Part shown: positions 1 to 10,091 of the stretch, in pieces
Layout: every line of letters starts with the position of its first letter
Numbering within the stretch: the stretch's first letter is position 1
Assembly: GCA_963558395.1 (NCBI GenBank)
Contig: CAUWGE010000003.1
Location: 5,483-69,482 of the forward strand
Length of the DNA: 64,000 bases
Source of the DNA: an uncultured Clostridia bacterium
GTDB taxonomy: Bacteria > Bacillota > Clostridia > TANB77 > CAG-508
Direction of reading: 5' to 3'
Made by a program: the position numbers and the translations under genes
Notes under the pieces: model-generated
Database searches by the model: none
What the model was told of the DNA's origin: nothing
The model's input: the letters and a program-made list of their open reading frames with translations, nothing else

Positions 1-266
1 GTAAGTTCTATTTTATATCTTGCATAAAACATTGCTAGTAAAAATAGTAAAATTAATAACCCTACACTATAAAATACAATTATTATGTTATTTCTAAATG
101 TGAATGCCAAAAACACTACTATTACTAACAGGATTACAAGCGTTGCTATTCCATAATTTTTAATATAATTTTTAAAATTAGAACTTATTTTAAACTTTCT
201 AAAAATATTAGTTACTTGATTATTTTCATCATGATTACATTTGTCATAAATTTCTTTCCACTTCAT
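1..266 (-). CDS. Membrane protein, partial (runs off window start)
   Basis: ATG at 266 after AGGAAGAGGA; open frame MKWKEIYDKC...IATLVILLVIVVFLAF...LLILLFLLAMFY with two hydrophobic segments; not in ORF track. Confidence 0.7.
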   Translation of the reverse strand, partial: MKWKEIYDKCNHDENNQVTNIFRKFKISSNFKNYIKNYGIATLVILLVIVVFLAFTFRNNIIIVFYSVGLLILLFLLAMFYARYKIEL

Positions 267-291
267 TTTTTCCTCTTCCTAAACTAAATAA

Positions 292-1485
292 TTAGTTTCC
301 AAATGCAAGTCTTTTTGTATCTCTTGCAATTACAAGTTCTTCATTTGTAGGTACTATCCATACTGGAATACTAGAATCATCAGAAGAAATACAAACTTCC
401 TCTCCCCTAGCTTGATTTTTTTCATTTTCTAGTTTTATTCCCATAAAAGCTAAATTATCACAAATACCTTGTCTTATTCTAACTTGATTTTCGCCAACAC
501 CTGCTGTGAAAGTTATAACGTCAATTCCTTGCATAGATACAGCATATTTTGCTATTGTTTGAGCAATTATATATTTATAGTAGCTAAGTGCTAATTTTGC
601 TCGTTTATTTCCTTCTTCTGCTGCTTTTTCTATATCTCTTACATCTTTGCTAACTCCAGAAATTCCCCAAAGACCAGAATCTTTATTTAATACATCTTCC
701 ATTTCTTTAGGAGATAATCCTTCATTTTCCATTAAGAATGTTACTATTGAAGGATCTAGGTCTCCGGCACGTGAACACATTGGTATTCCTGAAATAGGTG
801 TAAGCCCCATAGAAGTTTCAACTGACTTTCCTCCTTGAATAGCACAAATACTTGCTCCTTGACCTAAGTGGCAATTTACTATTTTTAAATCTTTTACATC
901 TTTTCCTAAAAGTTCAGCAATTCTATTTGCAACATAATAATGTGATGTACCATGGAAACCATACTTTCTAACTTTATATTTCTCATAATATTCATATGGT
1001 ATTGGGTAAATATATCTTTCCTCTGGTATTGTTTGATGGAATGCTGTATCAAAAACTGCAACCATAGGTTTTCCTGGCATTAATTCTTCACATGCCCTTA
1101 TTCCTATTAAAGAACATGGGTTATGTACTGGAGCTAAGTTTGAGCAATCCTCTATTGTTTTTATTACTTCGTCATTAATAACAACAGATTCTTTAAAAAC
1201 TTCACCTCCATGAACAGTTCTATGTCCAATTGCACTTATTTCATCTAAACTTGCAATTGCTGGATAATCTTTATTTAATAACTGTTCAATAGCAAAATTT
1301 AAAGCTACTTTATGATTTTTAACTGGATTATTAAGCACATATTTTTCTCCACCTATTTTATGCGTTAAAAATGACTCTTCCCCTATTCTTTCATATGTTC
1401 CCTTTGCTATTACCTCTTCATTTTCCATATTAATTAATTGATATTTTAATGAAGAGCTTCCGCAATTGATAACTAAAATTTTCAT
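292..1485 (-). CDS. ackA: Acetate kinase (paralog 2)
   Basis: MKILVINCGSSSLKYQL, GHRTVHGG, YGFHGTSH, TNEELVIARD motifs. Confidence 0.93.
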   Translation of the reverse strand: MKILVINCGSSSLKYQLINMENEEVIAKGTYERIGEESFLTHKIGGEKYVLNNPVKNHKVALNFAIEQLLNKDYPAIASLDEISAIGHRTVHGGEVFKESVVINDEVIKTIEDCSNLAPVHNPCSLIGIRACEELMPGKPMVAVFDTAFHQTIPEERYIYPIPYEYYEKYKVRKYGFHGTSHYYVANRIAELLGKDVKDLKIVNCHLGQGASICAIQGGKSVETSMGLTPISGIPMCSRAGDLDPSIVTFLMENEGLSPKEMEDVLNKDSGLWGISGVSKDVRDIEKAAEEGNKRAKLALSYYKYIIAQTIAKYAVSMQGIDVITFTAGVGENQVRIRQGICDNLAFMGIKLENEKNQARGEEVCISSDDSSIPVWIVPTNEELVIARDTKRLAFGN

Positions 1486-1519
1486 TTTTACCTCCTAATT
1501 GTATTAAATTTTATATATT

Positions 1520-2716
1520 CTACATTGTAGTTACTATTTTTTCTGTATCTTGAGCTATTAGCATTTCCTCGTTTGTAGGTACTACCCATACCTCTATTTT
1601 AGAATCTGGGCAAGATACTTTTCTTTCTATGTTTTTGCCATCATTTAATTTTTTATCTAATTTTACACCAAAGCATTTTAATAGTTCACAGATTTCTTCT
1701 CTATCTTCTATTCCCTTTTCACCAACTCCAGCTGTAAAAGTTATGACATCAATTCCTTGCATAGATACAGCATATTTTGCTATTGTTTGTGCTACATCAT
1801 ATAAAAATATATCCATTGCAAGTTTTGCATTATGGTCTCCTGCCATAGCCTCTGCTTCTACATCTCTAAAATCTACTGAAACCTGTGAAACTCCATAAAT
1901 TCCAGATTTATTATTTAAAATCTTATTCATTTCAGATTCTGTTAAGTTTTCCTTTTGCATTAAATATGTAACAACAGAGGGATCTAAATCACCTGAACGT
2001 GTTCCCATTGGAATTCCTCCAAGAGGAGTAAATCCCATAGAAGTTTCAACTGACTTTCCTCCTTGAATAGCGCAAATACTTGCTCCTTGACCTAAATGGC
2101 AGTTTACTATTTTTAAATCTTCTATATTAGCTTTTTTTAGTTCTGCCACTCTGTTTGCAACATAATTATGTGAAAGACCATGAAAACCATATTTTCTTAT
2201 TTTATATTTTTCATAATATTTATATGGTATTGGATAAATATATCTTTCCTCTGGTATTGTTTGATGAAATGCTGTATCAAATGCTGCAACATTTGGTTTA
2301 CTTGGAAAGAGCTCCATGCATGCTTCTAAAACAGCTAGTGCTGATGGATTATGAAGTGGAGCTAAAGGAATACATTCTTCAATTTCCTTTTTTACTTCTT
2401 CTGTAACTAATACAGAATTTTTAAATTTTTCTCCTCCATGTACAACTCTGTGCCCTATTGCACTTATTTCATCAATTCCAGAAATAACACCACAACTTTT
2501 ACTAGTTAGCTTGGAAATAATAATGTTTAAAGCTTCTTTGTGTTTTTCAACTTCTAGCTCAAATTTGTGTTTTTCTTCTCCTACTTTATGCGTTAAAAAT
2601 GCATTTTTTTGACCTATTCTTTCAAAATTTCCCTTAGCTAGAACAATTCCTAATTGTGTATTAATTAATTGATATTTTAGTGAAGAACTGCCCGAATTTA
2701 ATACTAATATTAGCAT
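1520..2716 (-). CDS. ackA: Acetate kinase (paralog 1)
   Basis: NSGSSSLKYQL, GHRVVHGG, APLHNP, MGTRSGD, TNEEM motifs; follows pta. Confidence 0.95.
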   Translation of the reverse strand: MLILVLNSGSSSLKYQLINTQLGIVLAKGNFERIGQKNAFLTHKVGEEKHKFELEVEKHKEALNIIISKLTSKSCGVISGIDEISAIGHRVVHGGEKFKNSVLVTEEVKKEIEECIPLAPLHNPSALAVLEACMELFPSKPNVAAFDTAFHQTIPEERYIYPIPYKYYEKYKIRKYGFHGLSHNYVANRVAELKKANIEDLKIVNCHLGQGASICAIQGGKSVETSMGFTPLGGIPMGTRSGDLDPSVVTYLMQKENLTESEMNKILNNKSGIYGVSQVSVDFRDVEAEAMAGDHNAKLAMDIFLYDVAQTIAKYAVSMQGIDVITFTAGVGEKGIEDREEICELLKCFGVKLDKKLNDGKNIERKVSCPDSKIEVWVVPTNEEMLIAQDTEKIVTTM

Positions 2717-2739
2717 ATTATCAATCTCCTTCTAATATT

Positions 2740-3750
2740 TTATTTTTTATTTTGAGCTTGCACACAAGTTATAGCTACAACACCAGCTATATCTTCTGCT
2801 GAACATCCTCTAGATAAGTCATTTACTGGTTTATCCAAGCCTTGACAAAGTGGTCCATAAGCTTCTGCATGTGCCAATCTTTGAGTTAATTTATATCCTA
2901 TGTTTCCAGCATTTAAGTCTGGAAATACTAAGATATTTGCTTTACCTTTTAAAGGACTTTCAGGCGCCTTCATTTTTGCTATTTCTGGTATTATTGCAGC
3001 ATCTAATTGTAATTCTCCATCTACTAAAAGTTTTGGATCTTTTTTCTTTGTAATTGCTGTTGCATTTATTACTTTTTCTGTTAACTCTGAATGTGCACTT
3101 CCCTTAGTTGAATATGAAAGCATTGCTACTTTAGGAATGCCTTTAGGATTTACTAATTCCTTGAAAGATTCTGAAGAGCTAATTGCAATATCTGCCAATT
3201 GTTCTTCTGAAGGATTTTCGTTTAGTCCACTATCTGCATATATAAATACGCCATCTTCTCCAAATTCTTTATCCTTAAGACTCATTATAAAAAATGCTGA
3301 AACAGTTTTTACCCCAGGTTTTCCTTTTATAATTTGAAGTACAGGTTTTAATGTATCTGATGTAGGATGTGATGCTCCTGATACAAATCCATCTGCATCA
3401 TTTTGTTTTACCATCATACTAGCAAAATACCTCGAATTTTCTATTAGAGTTTTTCTTGCTATCTCTTCTGTCATTCCCTTAGCTTTACGAAGTTCATAAA
3501 ATGCTTTAGTATATTCTTCTAACTTTGGAGATTTTCCTGGGTCTATTATTTCTGAACCTTCAATATCTATATTATTTTTCTTTGCAAGAATTTTAATATC
3601 TTCCTCTTTTCCAAGTAATATTACTTTTGCAAAACCTTCTTTTTTTATGATTTCAGTAGCTTTTAAAATTCTTACATCTTCTGTTTCAGGAAGAATTATT
3701 GACTTAATTTCTTTTTTTGCTTGCTCTTTAATTTTATTTATAAAATCCAT
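2740..3750 (-). CDS. pta: Phosphate acetyltransferase
   Basis: DGELQLDAA, FPDLNAGNIGYK, PVNDLSRGCS; start set at MDFINK (ATG 3750, AGAAAGG RBS). Confidence 0.95.
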   Translation of the reverse strand: MDFINKIKEQAKKEIKSIILPETEDVRILKATEIIKKEGFAKVILLGKEEDIKILAKKNNIDIEGSEIIDPGKSPKLEEYTKAFYELRKAKGMTEEIARKTLIENSRYFASMMVKQNDADGFVSGASHPTSDTLKPVLQIIKGKPGVKTVSAFFIMSLKDKEFGEDGVFIYADSGLNENPSEEQLADIAISSSESFKELVNPKGIPKVAMLSYSTKGSAHSELTEKVINATAITKKKDPKLLVDGELQLDAAIIPEIAKMKAPESPLKGKANILVFPDLNAGNIGYKLTQRLAHAEAYGPLCQGLDKPVNDLSRGCSAEDIAGVVAITCVQAQNKK

Positions 3751-3931
3751 TATCTTAACCTTTCTATATTTTAGTAACTTCTTCATAGTTATGAAAGTTA
3801 AGTTCAATGCTATTATATATAAAATATTGGACTTTTACAATATCTAATTTAAAATTTATGATATAATAATCGTATAATTACGAATATGGAAACAGAATCT
3901 TATGGAAATTAGGAAAGGATTGAAATCTAAA

Positions 3932-4795
3932 ATGGAATTAAAATATGAAGTAAAGCAAAATACAACTATAAGAAAAGTACTTCAGAATGAATTAAAGCTT
4001 TCTTATAGACTTATTAAAAACTTAAAATTAAATAAAAAAATTTTCTTAAATGGTAACAACAATATATATTTAGATGAGCCTGCTTTATCTTCTAGCACAA
4101 TTAAGATAGATTTAGATACTAATGAGGATAATAACAATATTATTCCAAGTAATATTAAGTTAAATATATTATATGAAGATGAATTATATCTGATCGTTAA
4201 TAAACCAGCCTTTATGCCTGTTCATCCTTCGATGGAACATTATACAGATAGTCTTTCTAATGGAGTAAAATATTATTTTGATGAAATTAATTTAAAACGT
4301 AAAATAAGACCTGTTAATAGGCTTGATAAAAATACATCAGGAATAGTTATTTTTGCTAAAAATGAATTTGCTCATTCTTCTATAAATATTCTGGAAAAGA
4401 AATATCTATGTATAGTAGCTGGAAAACTTGAAAGTTCTGGATTAATAGATAAGCCGATTTCTAGAAAAAATGGAAGCATAATAGAAAGGGAAATAAATCC
4501 TTTAGGTGATAAATCTTTAACTAAATATAGAGTATTAAAAAATTTTAAAAAAGGACAAGAACTTTCTTTATTAGAGTGTATTTTACTTACCGGCAGAACT
4601 CATCAAATTCGAGTTCATATGTCTAGTATAAACCATTCTATTTTAGGAGATGATTTATATGGGGTAAAATCTGATTTAATTAATAGGCAAGCACTTCATG
4701 CATATAAAATCAAATTTATACATCCAATATTAAAAAAAGAAATAGAAATTTATGCTCCTATTCCTCAAGATATGCTTAATATATTAAAAGTATAA
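3932..4795 (+). CDS. RluA-family pseudouridine synthase
   Basis: VNRLDKNTSG catalytic motif, TGRTHQIRVH, QALHA; start probably ATG 3932 (ORF track starts 3902). Confidence 0.9.
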   Translation: MELKYEVKQNTTIRKVLQNELKLSYRLIKNLKLNKKIFLNGNNNIYLDEPALSSSTIKIDLDTNEDNNNIIPSNIKLNILYEDELYLIVNKPAFMPVHPSMEHYTDSLSNGVKYYFDEINLKRKIRPVNRLDKNTSGIVIFAKNEFAHSSINILEKKYLCIVAGKLESSGLIDKPISRKNGSIIEREINPLGDKSLTKYRVLKNFKKGQELSLLECILLTGRTHQIRVHMSSINHSILGDDLYGVKSDLINRQALHAYKIKFIHPILKKEIEIYAPIPQDMLNILKV

Positions 4796-5140
4796 GTAAA
4801 CCTATAAGCCGGGTTTTGTCTAGAGTAATCATTTATCTAGAATATATATTACTATATATCTCATGCCACCAATTTAAGGAGATGACGAGCAGTCTTAGCC
4901 TCCTAGTCTCGGTGTTGCACCAGATGGGGTTTACACGGCTAGGTGTGTCACCACACCTACGGTGAGCTCTTACCTCGCCTTTTCATCCTTACCTAAATAT
5001 TAGGCGGTTATTTTCTGTTGCACTTTCCTTAAGGTTTCCCTCACTGGACGTTATCCAGCATCATTGCTCTTTGGTGCCCGGACTTTCCTCACACGCCGTC
5101 TTTCGACATTGGCAATGCGCGATTACTTAGTTTACTTATA
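4791..5140 (-). ncRNA. rnpB: RNase P RNA (bacterial type A-like)
   Basis: Minus strand has GAGGAAAGTCCGGGC, AGTGCAACAGAAA, AAAACCCGGCTTA; ends TATAAGTAAAC/GTTTACTTATA form P1. Confidence 0.95.
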
Positions 5141-5245
5141 CTTTTTAATTTTACCATATATTATATTAAAAGTCTAGAAATTTTTATTTTTTTCCAAAGT
5201 AACTTTTTCATTTATTTTAATAACTTTAAATTTTATAAAGAAATG

Positions 5246-6952
5246 TTATTTTACATCTTTTAATATTCTTTCGATCTCTAACTTTCTTTTTACTTTTTGT
5301 GTTGTAGTTTTTATAAGAGGCTCATCTGTTATAATTAGATGTTTTATATATTTATACTTTGGAAATGTTTTATTTATCTCTTTGATTTTTTCCCATATTA
5401 AATTATATATTTCTTCTTCTGTTTTTCCGTCTAAAGCATCTTTATTATATACAACTTTAATTGCAATCTTAACATCATTTTTATCCTCCGCTTCTGGTAA
5501 ACCAAAAACGATGCATTCTTCTACTTCTTCAAGTCTATTTACTAGTGTTTCTAATTCATCTGGAAAAACTTTTTTTCCATTTTTTAAAACTATTACATCT
5601 TTACTTCTACCTGTAATAAATATAAATCCATCTTTATCTATATATCCTAAATCACCTGTATAAAACCATCCGTCTCTTAGAACTTCTTTTGTAGCTTCTT
5701 CATTTTCATAATATCCAAGCATTACATTTGGACCTTTTACTCTAATTTCTCCAATTCCATTTTCATCTTTATTGTAAATCTCAAGTTCCACATCTTTCAT
5801 AGGAACACCTATTGAACCATATCTTTTGGCATTATCATTTTCTGCTGCAATAACAGGAGATGTTTCTGTAAGACCATATCCTTGAACCATTTTTATTCCA
5901 TAGCTTTCAAATCCTTCTGCTACTCTCTTATCTAAAGGGGCTCCTCCTGAGATTACAAATCTAAGCTCTCCACCTAATGCATCTATTACTTGTTTAAATA
6001 ATTTTCTTCTAATATCTATATTGAATTTTAGTAAAAACTGACTTACTTTTTTAGCAAACTTAATTAACTTTGTTTTTCCTTGCTTTTCAATTGTTTTTTC
6101 TATGCTTTGGTACATTTTATCAACTAATAGTGGAACTCCTACAAATAGAGAAACTTTATATTCATTTAAGTTACTTTGTATATATCTTAATCCATCTGGA
6201 AAAACTGTTTTTACACCACATGCAAGCATAACAACCATTGCAGTAGAACCAAATATATGATGATATGGTAAAAATGCAATATTAGTATCTTTAGAAGTTA
6301 TATCTTCTACCAATTGCATATCATATACATTAACAGCAATTCCATATTGAGATAACATTACAGCTTTAGATTTAGAAGTAGTTCCTGATGTAAATAATAA
6401 TATACTCATATCCTTATTATTTATCTTGCAATTTGTATATTCTGATTTATCTAAAATTTTTCCTTCGTTTATAAGGTTATTTATACTTTTAAATCCAGAT
6501 ATATTACCCATACAAATATATGTTTCAATTTGAGTTTTATTTCTTTTTATTATTTCCTGTATTTTATCTACATACTTTTCGTCAAATACAATAGCTTTTG
6601 CTTTGCTTCTAATTAGAGAGTCTTCTAGTTCTTCTAATTGAAGTTCTTTATCTATTGGAATAGAAATCATATTTCCCATAAGACAACTTAAGTGAGTAAG
6701 TGCCCATTCATATCTATTTCTTCCACAAATAGCAATTCTTTGCTCCTTTAACCCTAACTTATATAATGATATACCTAAAGAGTTTATATCCTCTAAAAGC
6801 TCTTTATATGTTGTATTTTTATATGTAATCTCTTTACCATTTGTTATTTTGGTAACAAATGCAATGTTATTTGAATAAATTTTAGCAGAATTATATATAA
6901 TTTCTCTTATATCGTCAAATTTTGTAGCTTCTCTAATATTACTTTTTTTCAT
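5246..6952 (-). CDS. Long-chain fatty acid-CoA ligase (AMP-binding)
   Basis: FTSGTTSKSK, GYGLTETSP, GWFYTGDLG motifs. Confidence 0.9.
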   Translation of the reverse strand: MKKSNIREATKFDDIREIIYNSAKIYSNNIAFVTKITNGKEITYKNTTYKELLEDINSLGISLYKLGLKEQRIAICGRNRYEWALTHLSCLMGNMISIPIDKELQLEELEDSLIRSKAKAIVFDEKYVDKIQEIIKRNKTQIETYICMGNISGFKSINNLINEGKILDKSEYTNCKINNKDMSILLFTSGTTSKSKAVMLSQYGIAVNVYDMQLVEDITSKDTNIAFLPYHHIFGSTAMVVMLACGVKTVFPDGLRYIQSNLNEYKVSLFVGVPLLVDKMYQSIEKTIEKQGKTKLIKFAKKVSQFLLKFNIDIRRKLFKQVIDALGGELRFVISGGAPLDKRVAEGFESYGIKMVQGYGLTETSPVIAAENDNAKRYGSIGVPMKDVELEIYNKDENGIGEIRVKGPNVMLGYYENEEATKEVLRDGWFYTGDLGYIDKDGFIFITGRSKDVIVLKNGKKVFPDELETLVNRLEEVEECIVFGLPEAEDKNDVKIAIKVVYNKDALDGKTEEEIYNLIWEKIKEINKTFPKYKYIKHLIITDEPLIKTTTQKVKRKLEIERILKDVK

Positions 6953-7012
6953 TTTAAATTCCTTTCTTATTTCACTAAGATTTTTAGTTATTCATGTATA
7001 TATGATATAGTA

Positions 7013-7043
7013 AAAAAATAAGCTGGTCAATAATTTTGACCAG
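7013..7043 (-). terminator. Intrinsic terminator after (p)ppGpp synthetase
   Basis: CTGGTCAA/TTGACCAG stem followed by T-run on minus strand. Confidence 0.65.
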
Positions 7044-7048
7044 TCCTT

Positions 7049-7720
7049 CTAATTAATCTGTTTTTGATATATCTTTGTTATTTTATCATCAATTATATTT
7101 ATTATTTTAGCATACCATTCTAACTTTTTAGAATCTTTAGCAGAAACTTTTGACTTAGGTTTATATTTTACTTTATGTTCCGCTTCTGACCAAAAGTCCA
7201 TTGCCATTGTTCTTAATTGTATTTCTACTTTTACTGGTATGTATTCTTCCTCATATTTTATAAAATCTTCTAATATAATATGATATCCACTATACCCACT
7301 CTTTTTTGGATGCAAAATATAGTCTTTTTCATTTATAATTCTCGTATTTGGAATTTTTCTAATAATTTTAAGTACTTTTTCTATATCACTTTTAAATGTA
7401 CAAATTATTCTAATTCCTGCAATATCATTTATGTTTTCAATTAAATTTTCGTATGTTAAATTGTACTTTTTCATTTTCATCTTATTTATAATACTAGTTG
7501 GTGTTTTGATTCTACTCTTAACATGATTTATGACATCATATTCAAATGTAAGTTTTAAGTAATCTTTTATAATATTTATCTTTTCTAGTATATCCTCATT
7601 TGCCAGTTTATATAACGAAATTAACATTTCGAATTCTTTTTTACTCGTATCTAGTGGTACTAATCCTCGTTGCGACAGATTATTTTCCTTAATACTATCT
7701 AAATTTTCTGTTTTAATCAC
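7049..7720 (-). CDS. Small alarmone (p)ppGpp synthetase, RelQ/RelP type
   Basis: SRIKTPTSI, DIAGIRIIC, SGY..YH, VEIQLRTMAMDFW..EHK. Confidence 0.9.
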   Translation of the reverse strand: MIKTENLDSIKENNLSQRGLVPLDTSKKEFEMLISLYKLANEDILEKINIIKDYLKLTFEYDVINHVKSRIKTPTSIINKMKMKKYNLTYENLIENINDIAGIRIICTFKSDIEKVLKIIRKIPNTRIINEKDYILHPKKSGYSGYHIILEDFIKYEEEYIPVKVEIQLRTMAMDFWSEAEHKVKYKPKSKVSAKDSKKLEWYAKIINIIDDKITKIYQKQIN

Positions 7721-7813
7721 CTCATTTCTATAATTAAATATACTCTAAATTTGTTACTATATTGTGTCCTATTTGTAAAGTTTTACACTTAATACTATGC
7801 AAGTAGGCTAAAT

Positions 7814-8362
7814 TTATTTCAAATAATTAGCTGAGGACATTATAAAATCTGTGGCTATTCCTAAAATAGCTATTATAATTATTGCATTTTGTACTTTCGA
7901 ATTTAAATGAAGTCTTATTTTTTCTATTTTACTTTCAATCCATAGATGTATCCATTCTATAAGGAGTATTCCCATTGCTCCCCAGATTACAGAATATGCC
8001 AAACTAACTCTTCCTTGTAAATTCAAAAATTCACCTGTGTAATCCCACCACCTAAGACCAAATGCTGCCTCTAAAATAAATGAAACAATATATTCAAATA
8101 ACGTAAAGGCAAATGCCGCTATAAAAAATTCTTTACTTGGTTTTCCTTTTGCATTTTGCAAGAGTACTATTAACATAACTGCACCAAACCCATATATTGG
8201 GCAAAGAGGTCCAAATAAAAATCCTCTATTTACAAAATGTTTGTGTATTATAAATGCATATGTACTTTCTAATATCCATCCTAAAAAGGCATATATTAAA
8301 AAATATATAAATAAGTTTCTAACCTTTTCTTTTTTGTTTTTTATTAAAGCTAGTTCGCTCAT
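7814..8362 (-). CDS. DUF1113/CmpB-like membrane protein
   Basis: FLGWILE, NRGFLFGPLCPIYGFG, WWDYT...NLQGRV. Confidence 0.85.
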   Translation of the reverse strand: MSELALIKNKKEKVRNLFIYFLIYAFLGWILESTYAFIIHKHFVNRGFLFGPLCPIYGFGAVMLIVLLQNAKGKPSKEFFIAAFAFTLFEYIVSFILEAAFGLRWWDYTGEFLNLQGRVSLAYSVIWGAMGILLIEWIHLWIESKIEKIRLHLNSKVQNAIIIIAILGIATDFIMSSANYLK

Positions 8363-8382
8363 GTCTTACTCCTTTTATATTA

Positions 8383-9120
8383 TTATTTTGCCCCTTCTTC
8401 TTTTTGAAAAACTTCAAGAGCCTCTTTCGTAGTATTTGACTTATCTAATTTTCTCATAATAAAAATTAAAAATCCAACTACTGCAAATGTTGTAATATAT
8501 GCAAAGACAGCTACTCCTATATTTCCATTTATTAAATTTTCACCAGCAATGCTTGAAGATATAACTGATGGAAATCTTGCAAAAGTCGAAATTAGAATAA
8601 ATCTAAGTGGCTTTACAGGTAAAAGTCCTGCAATATAGATAAGTAAATCTTTTGGCGTTCCTGGAATTATAAATAATATTAGCATTATCCATTCTACTTT
8701 TTGAGGATTTTGAAATATTTTGCTATTTTCTATTTTCTTTACCTGTTCTTGGTTGCAAAAACTATATACAAATTTTCTTCCAAATTTTCTTACTGCAAAA
8801 AATATAAGACTAGATATAATAAATGCAGATACAGTTACAAATATAGCTCCTCCGACAGTCCCATAACACATACCAGCTAAAATTTCTATTGGTTCTCCTG
8901 GAATAATTACAAGGAAAATTTGCGCAAATTGAAGTCCAAATAGCATAAGCATTCCTAAAAAACCCGCATCTTGCACTTTTTCTTTAAATGCTAATTGTCC
9001 TTCTACTGTACTTATATTTTTAAATAGTGGCATTAAATATATTGTAGCCAGTACTAAAATTAATATTACTAAAATTGCTAATATAATTTTAAAAATTTTA
9101 ACTCTTTTTTTATCACTCAT
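8383..9120 (-). CDS. DedA/TVP38 (VTT domain) membrane protein
   Basis: IIPGEP, IPGTPKDLL.YIAGL, RFPSV motifs. Confidence 0.85.
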   Translation of the reverse strand: MSDKKRVKIFKIILAILVILILVLATIYLMPLFKNISTVEGQLAFKEKVQDAGFLGMLMLFGLQFAQIFLVIIPGEPIEILAGMCYGTVGGAIFVTVSAFIISSLIFFAVRKFGRKFVYSFCNQEQVKKIENSKIFQNPQKVEWIMLILFIIPGTPKDLLIYIAGLLPVKPLRFILISTFARFPSVISSSIAGENLINGNIGVAVFAYITTFAVVGFLIFIMRKLDKSNTTKEALEVFQKEEGAK

Positions 9121-9173
9121 AATTTTTTCCTTTTTATTTATTTTTCAAAAATATTATACTACAATTTTTCCCT

Positions 9174-9210
9174 AAAATAAAGCACCTTAAGAATATCTTA
9201 AGGCACTTTT
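9174..9210 (-). terminator. Intrinsic terminator
   Basis: CCTTAAGA/TCTTAAGG stem with T-run downstream on minus strand. Confidence 0.6.
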
Positions 9211-9212
9211 AA

Positions 9213-9917
9213 CTATTTATTTCCTGTCTCCAATATTCTATTTGCGTCTTCTTCTTTTAGTTTTCCATATTTGCACATCTGCTCTAATACTTGCTTTTGT
9301 CTTTGCTTTGCTAGCTTTAAGTTTTGCGTTGGTGCATATACTGAAGGTGCATTTGGAATTCCTGCAAGCATTGTTGCTTCTGAGTCGTTTAAGTTAATAG
9401 GTTCTTTATTAAAATATCCTTTTGAAGCTTCTTTAACAGTATCATATCCATCTCCAAAATAGCTTGTATTTAAATAAAGCTCTAATATTTGATTTTTTTC
9501 TAATTTATCTTCTATATAAAATGCAGCAAATACTTCTGCTATTTTTCTAGTTATCTTTTTTTCTTGAGTAAAATATATATTTTTTGCTAATTGCTGAGTA
9601 ATTGTACTTCCTCCTTCTGCAAAACTAAGTGTCCTTATATCATTAAAAATTGCTCTTGCAATTGCAATAATGTCTATTCCATTATGTTCATAAAATCTAT
9701 GATCTTCTACTGAAATAACAGCATCTTTATAAATTTGTGGCATTTCTTCCAATTCAGTATAATTTTCTTTGGCTTCTATCTTTTTAACTTGCGTCTCGAT
9801 AGGAACTTTTTCTACTGCTTTTTTATACATATCATAACCTGAACCTACTACGAATAAACCTATACTCGCAAGTAAAATAAGAAATATTATAAGTATTTTT
9901 CCAATTATTTTTTTCAT
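9213..9917 (-). CDS. Monofunctional peptidoglycan transglycosylase (GT51)
   Basis: EDHRFYEH, GGSTITQQLAKN, RK..E, ILELYLN motifs; no transpeptidase domain. Confidence 0.9.
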   Translation of the reverse strand: MKKIIGKILIIFLILLASIGLFVVGSGYDMYKKAVEKVPIETQVKKIEAKENYTELEEMPQIYKDAVISVEDHRFYEHNGIDIIAIARAIFNDIRTLSFAEGGSTITQQLAKNIYFTQEKKITRKIAEVFAAFYIEDKLEKNQILELYLNTSYFGDGYDTVKEASKGYFNKEPINLNDSEATMLAGIPNAPSVYAPTQNLKLAKQRQKQVLEQMCKYGKLKEEDANRILETGNK

Positions 9918-9931
9918 TTATTGCTCCTTTT

Positions 9932-10039
9932 TATTATTTTAAGATAGGCTTATTACATGGCCCATAGCTATATATTCTTTATAAAGGGGAGTTTTATACA
10001 TAGTTAATGGTCATGTAAGAAACCTACCTTAAAATAATA
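9932..10039. repeat. 44-bp imperfect inverted repeat with 20-nt spacer (long hairpin)
   Basis: 9932-9975 matches the reverse complement of 9996-10039 at 36 of 44 positions. Confidence 0.85.
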
Positions 10040-10091
10040 TTACCAAATAATTATGACTTTAAAATGACTAAAAAAGATTTTTTGCATTAAT

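Noticed and set aside
3751-3807. N-terminal extension of Pta
   Set aside because: RBS and family alignment support MDFINK at 3750
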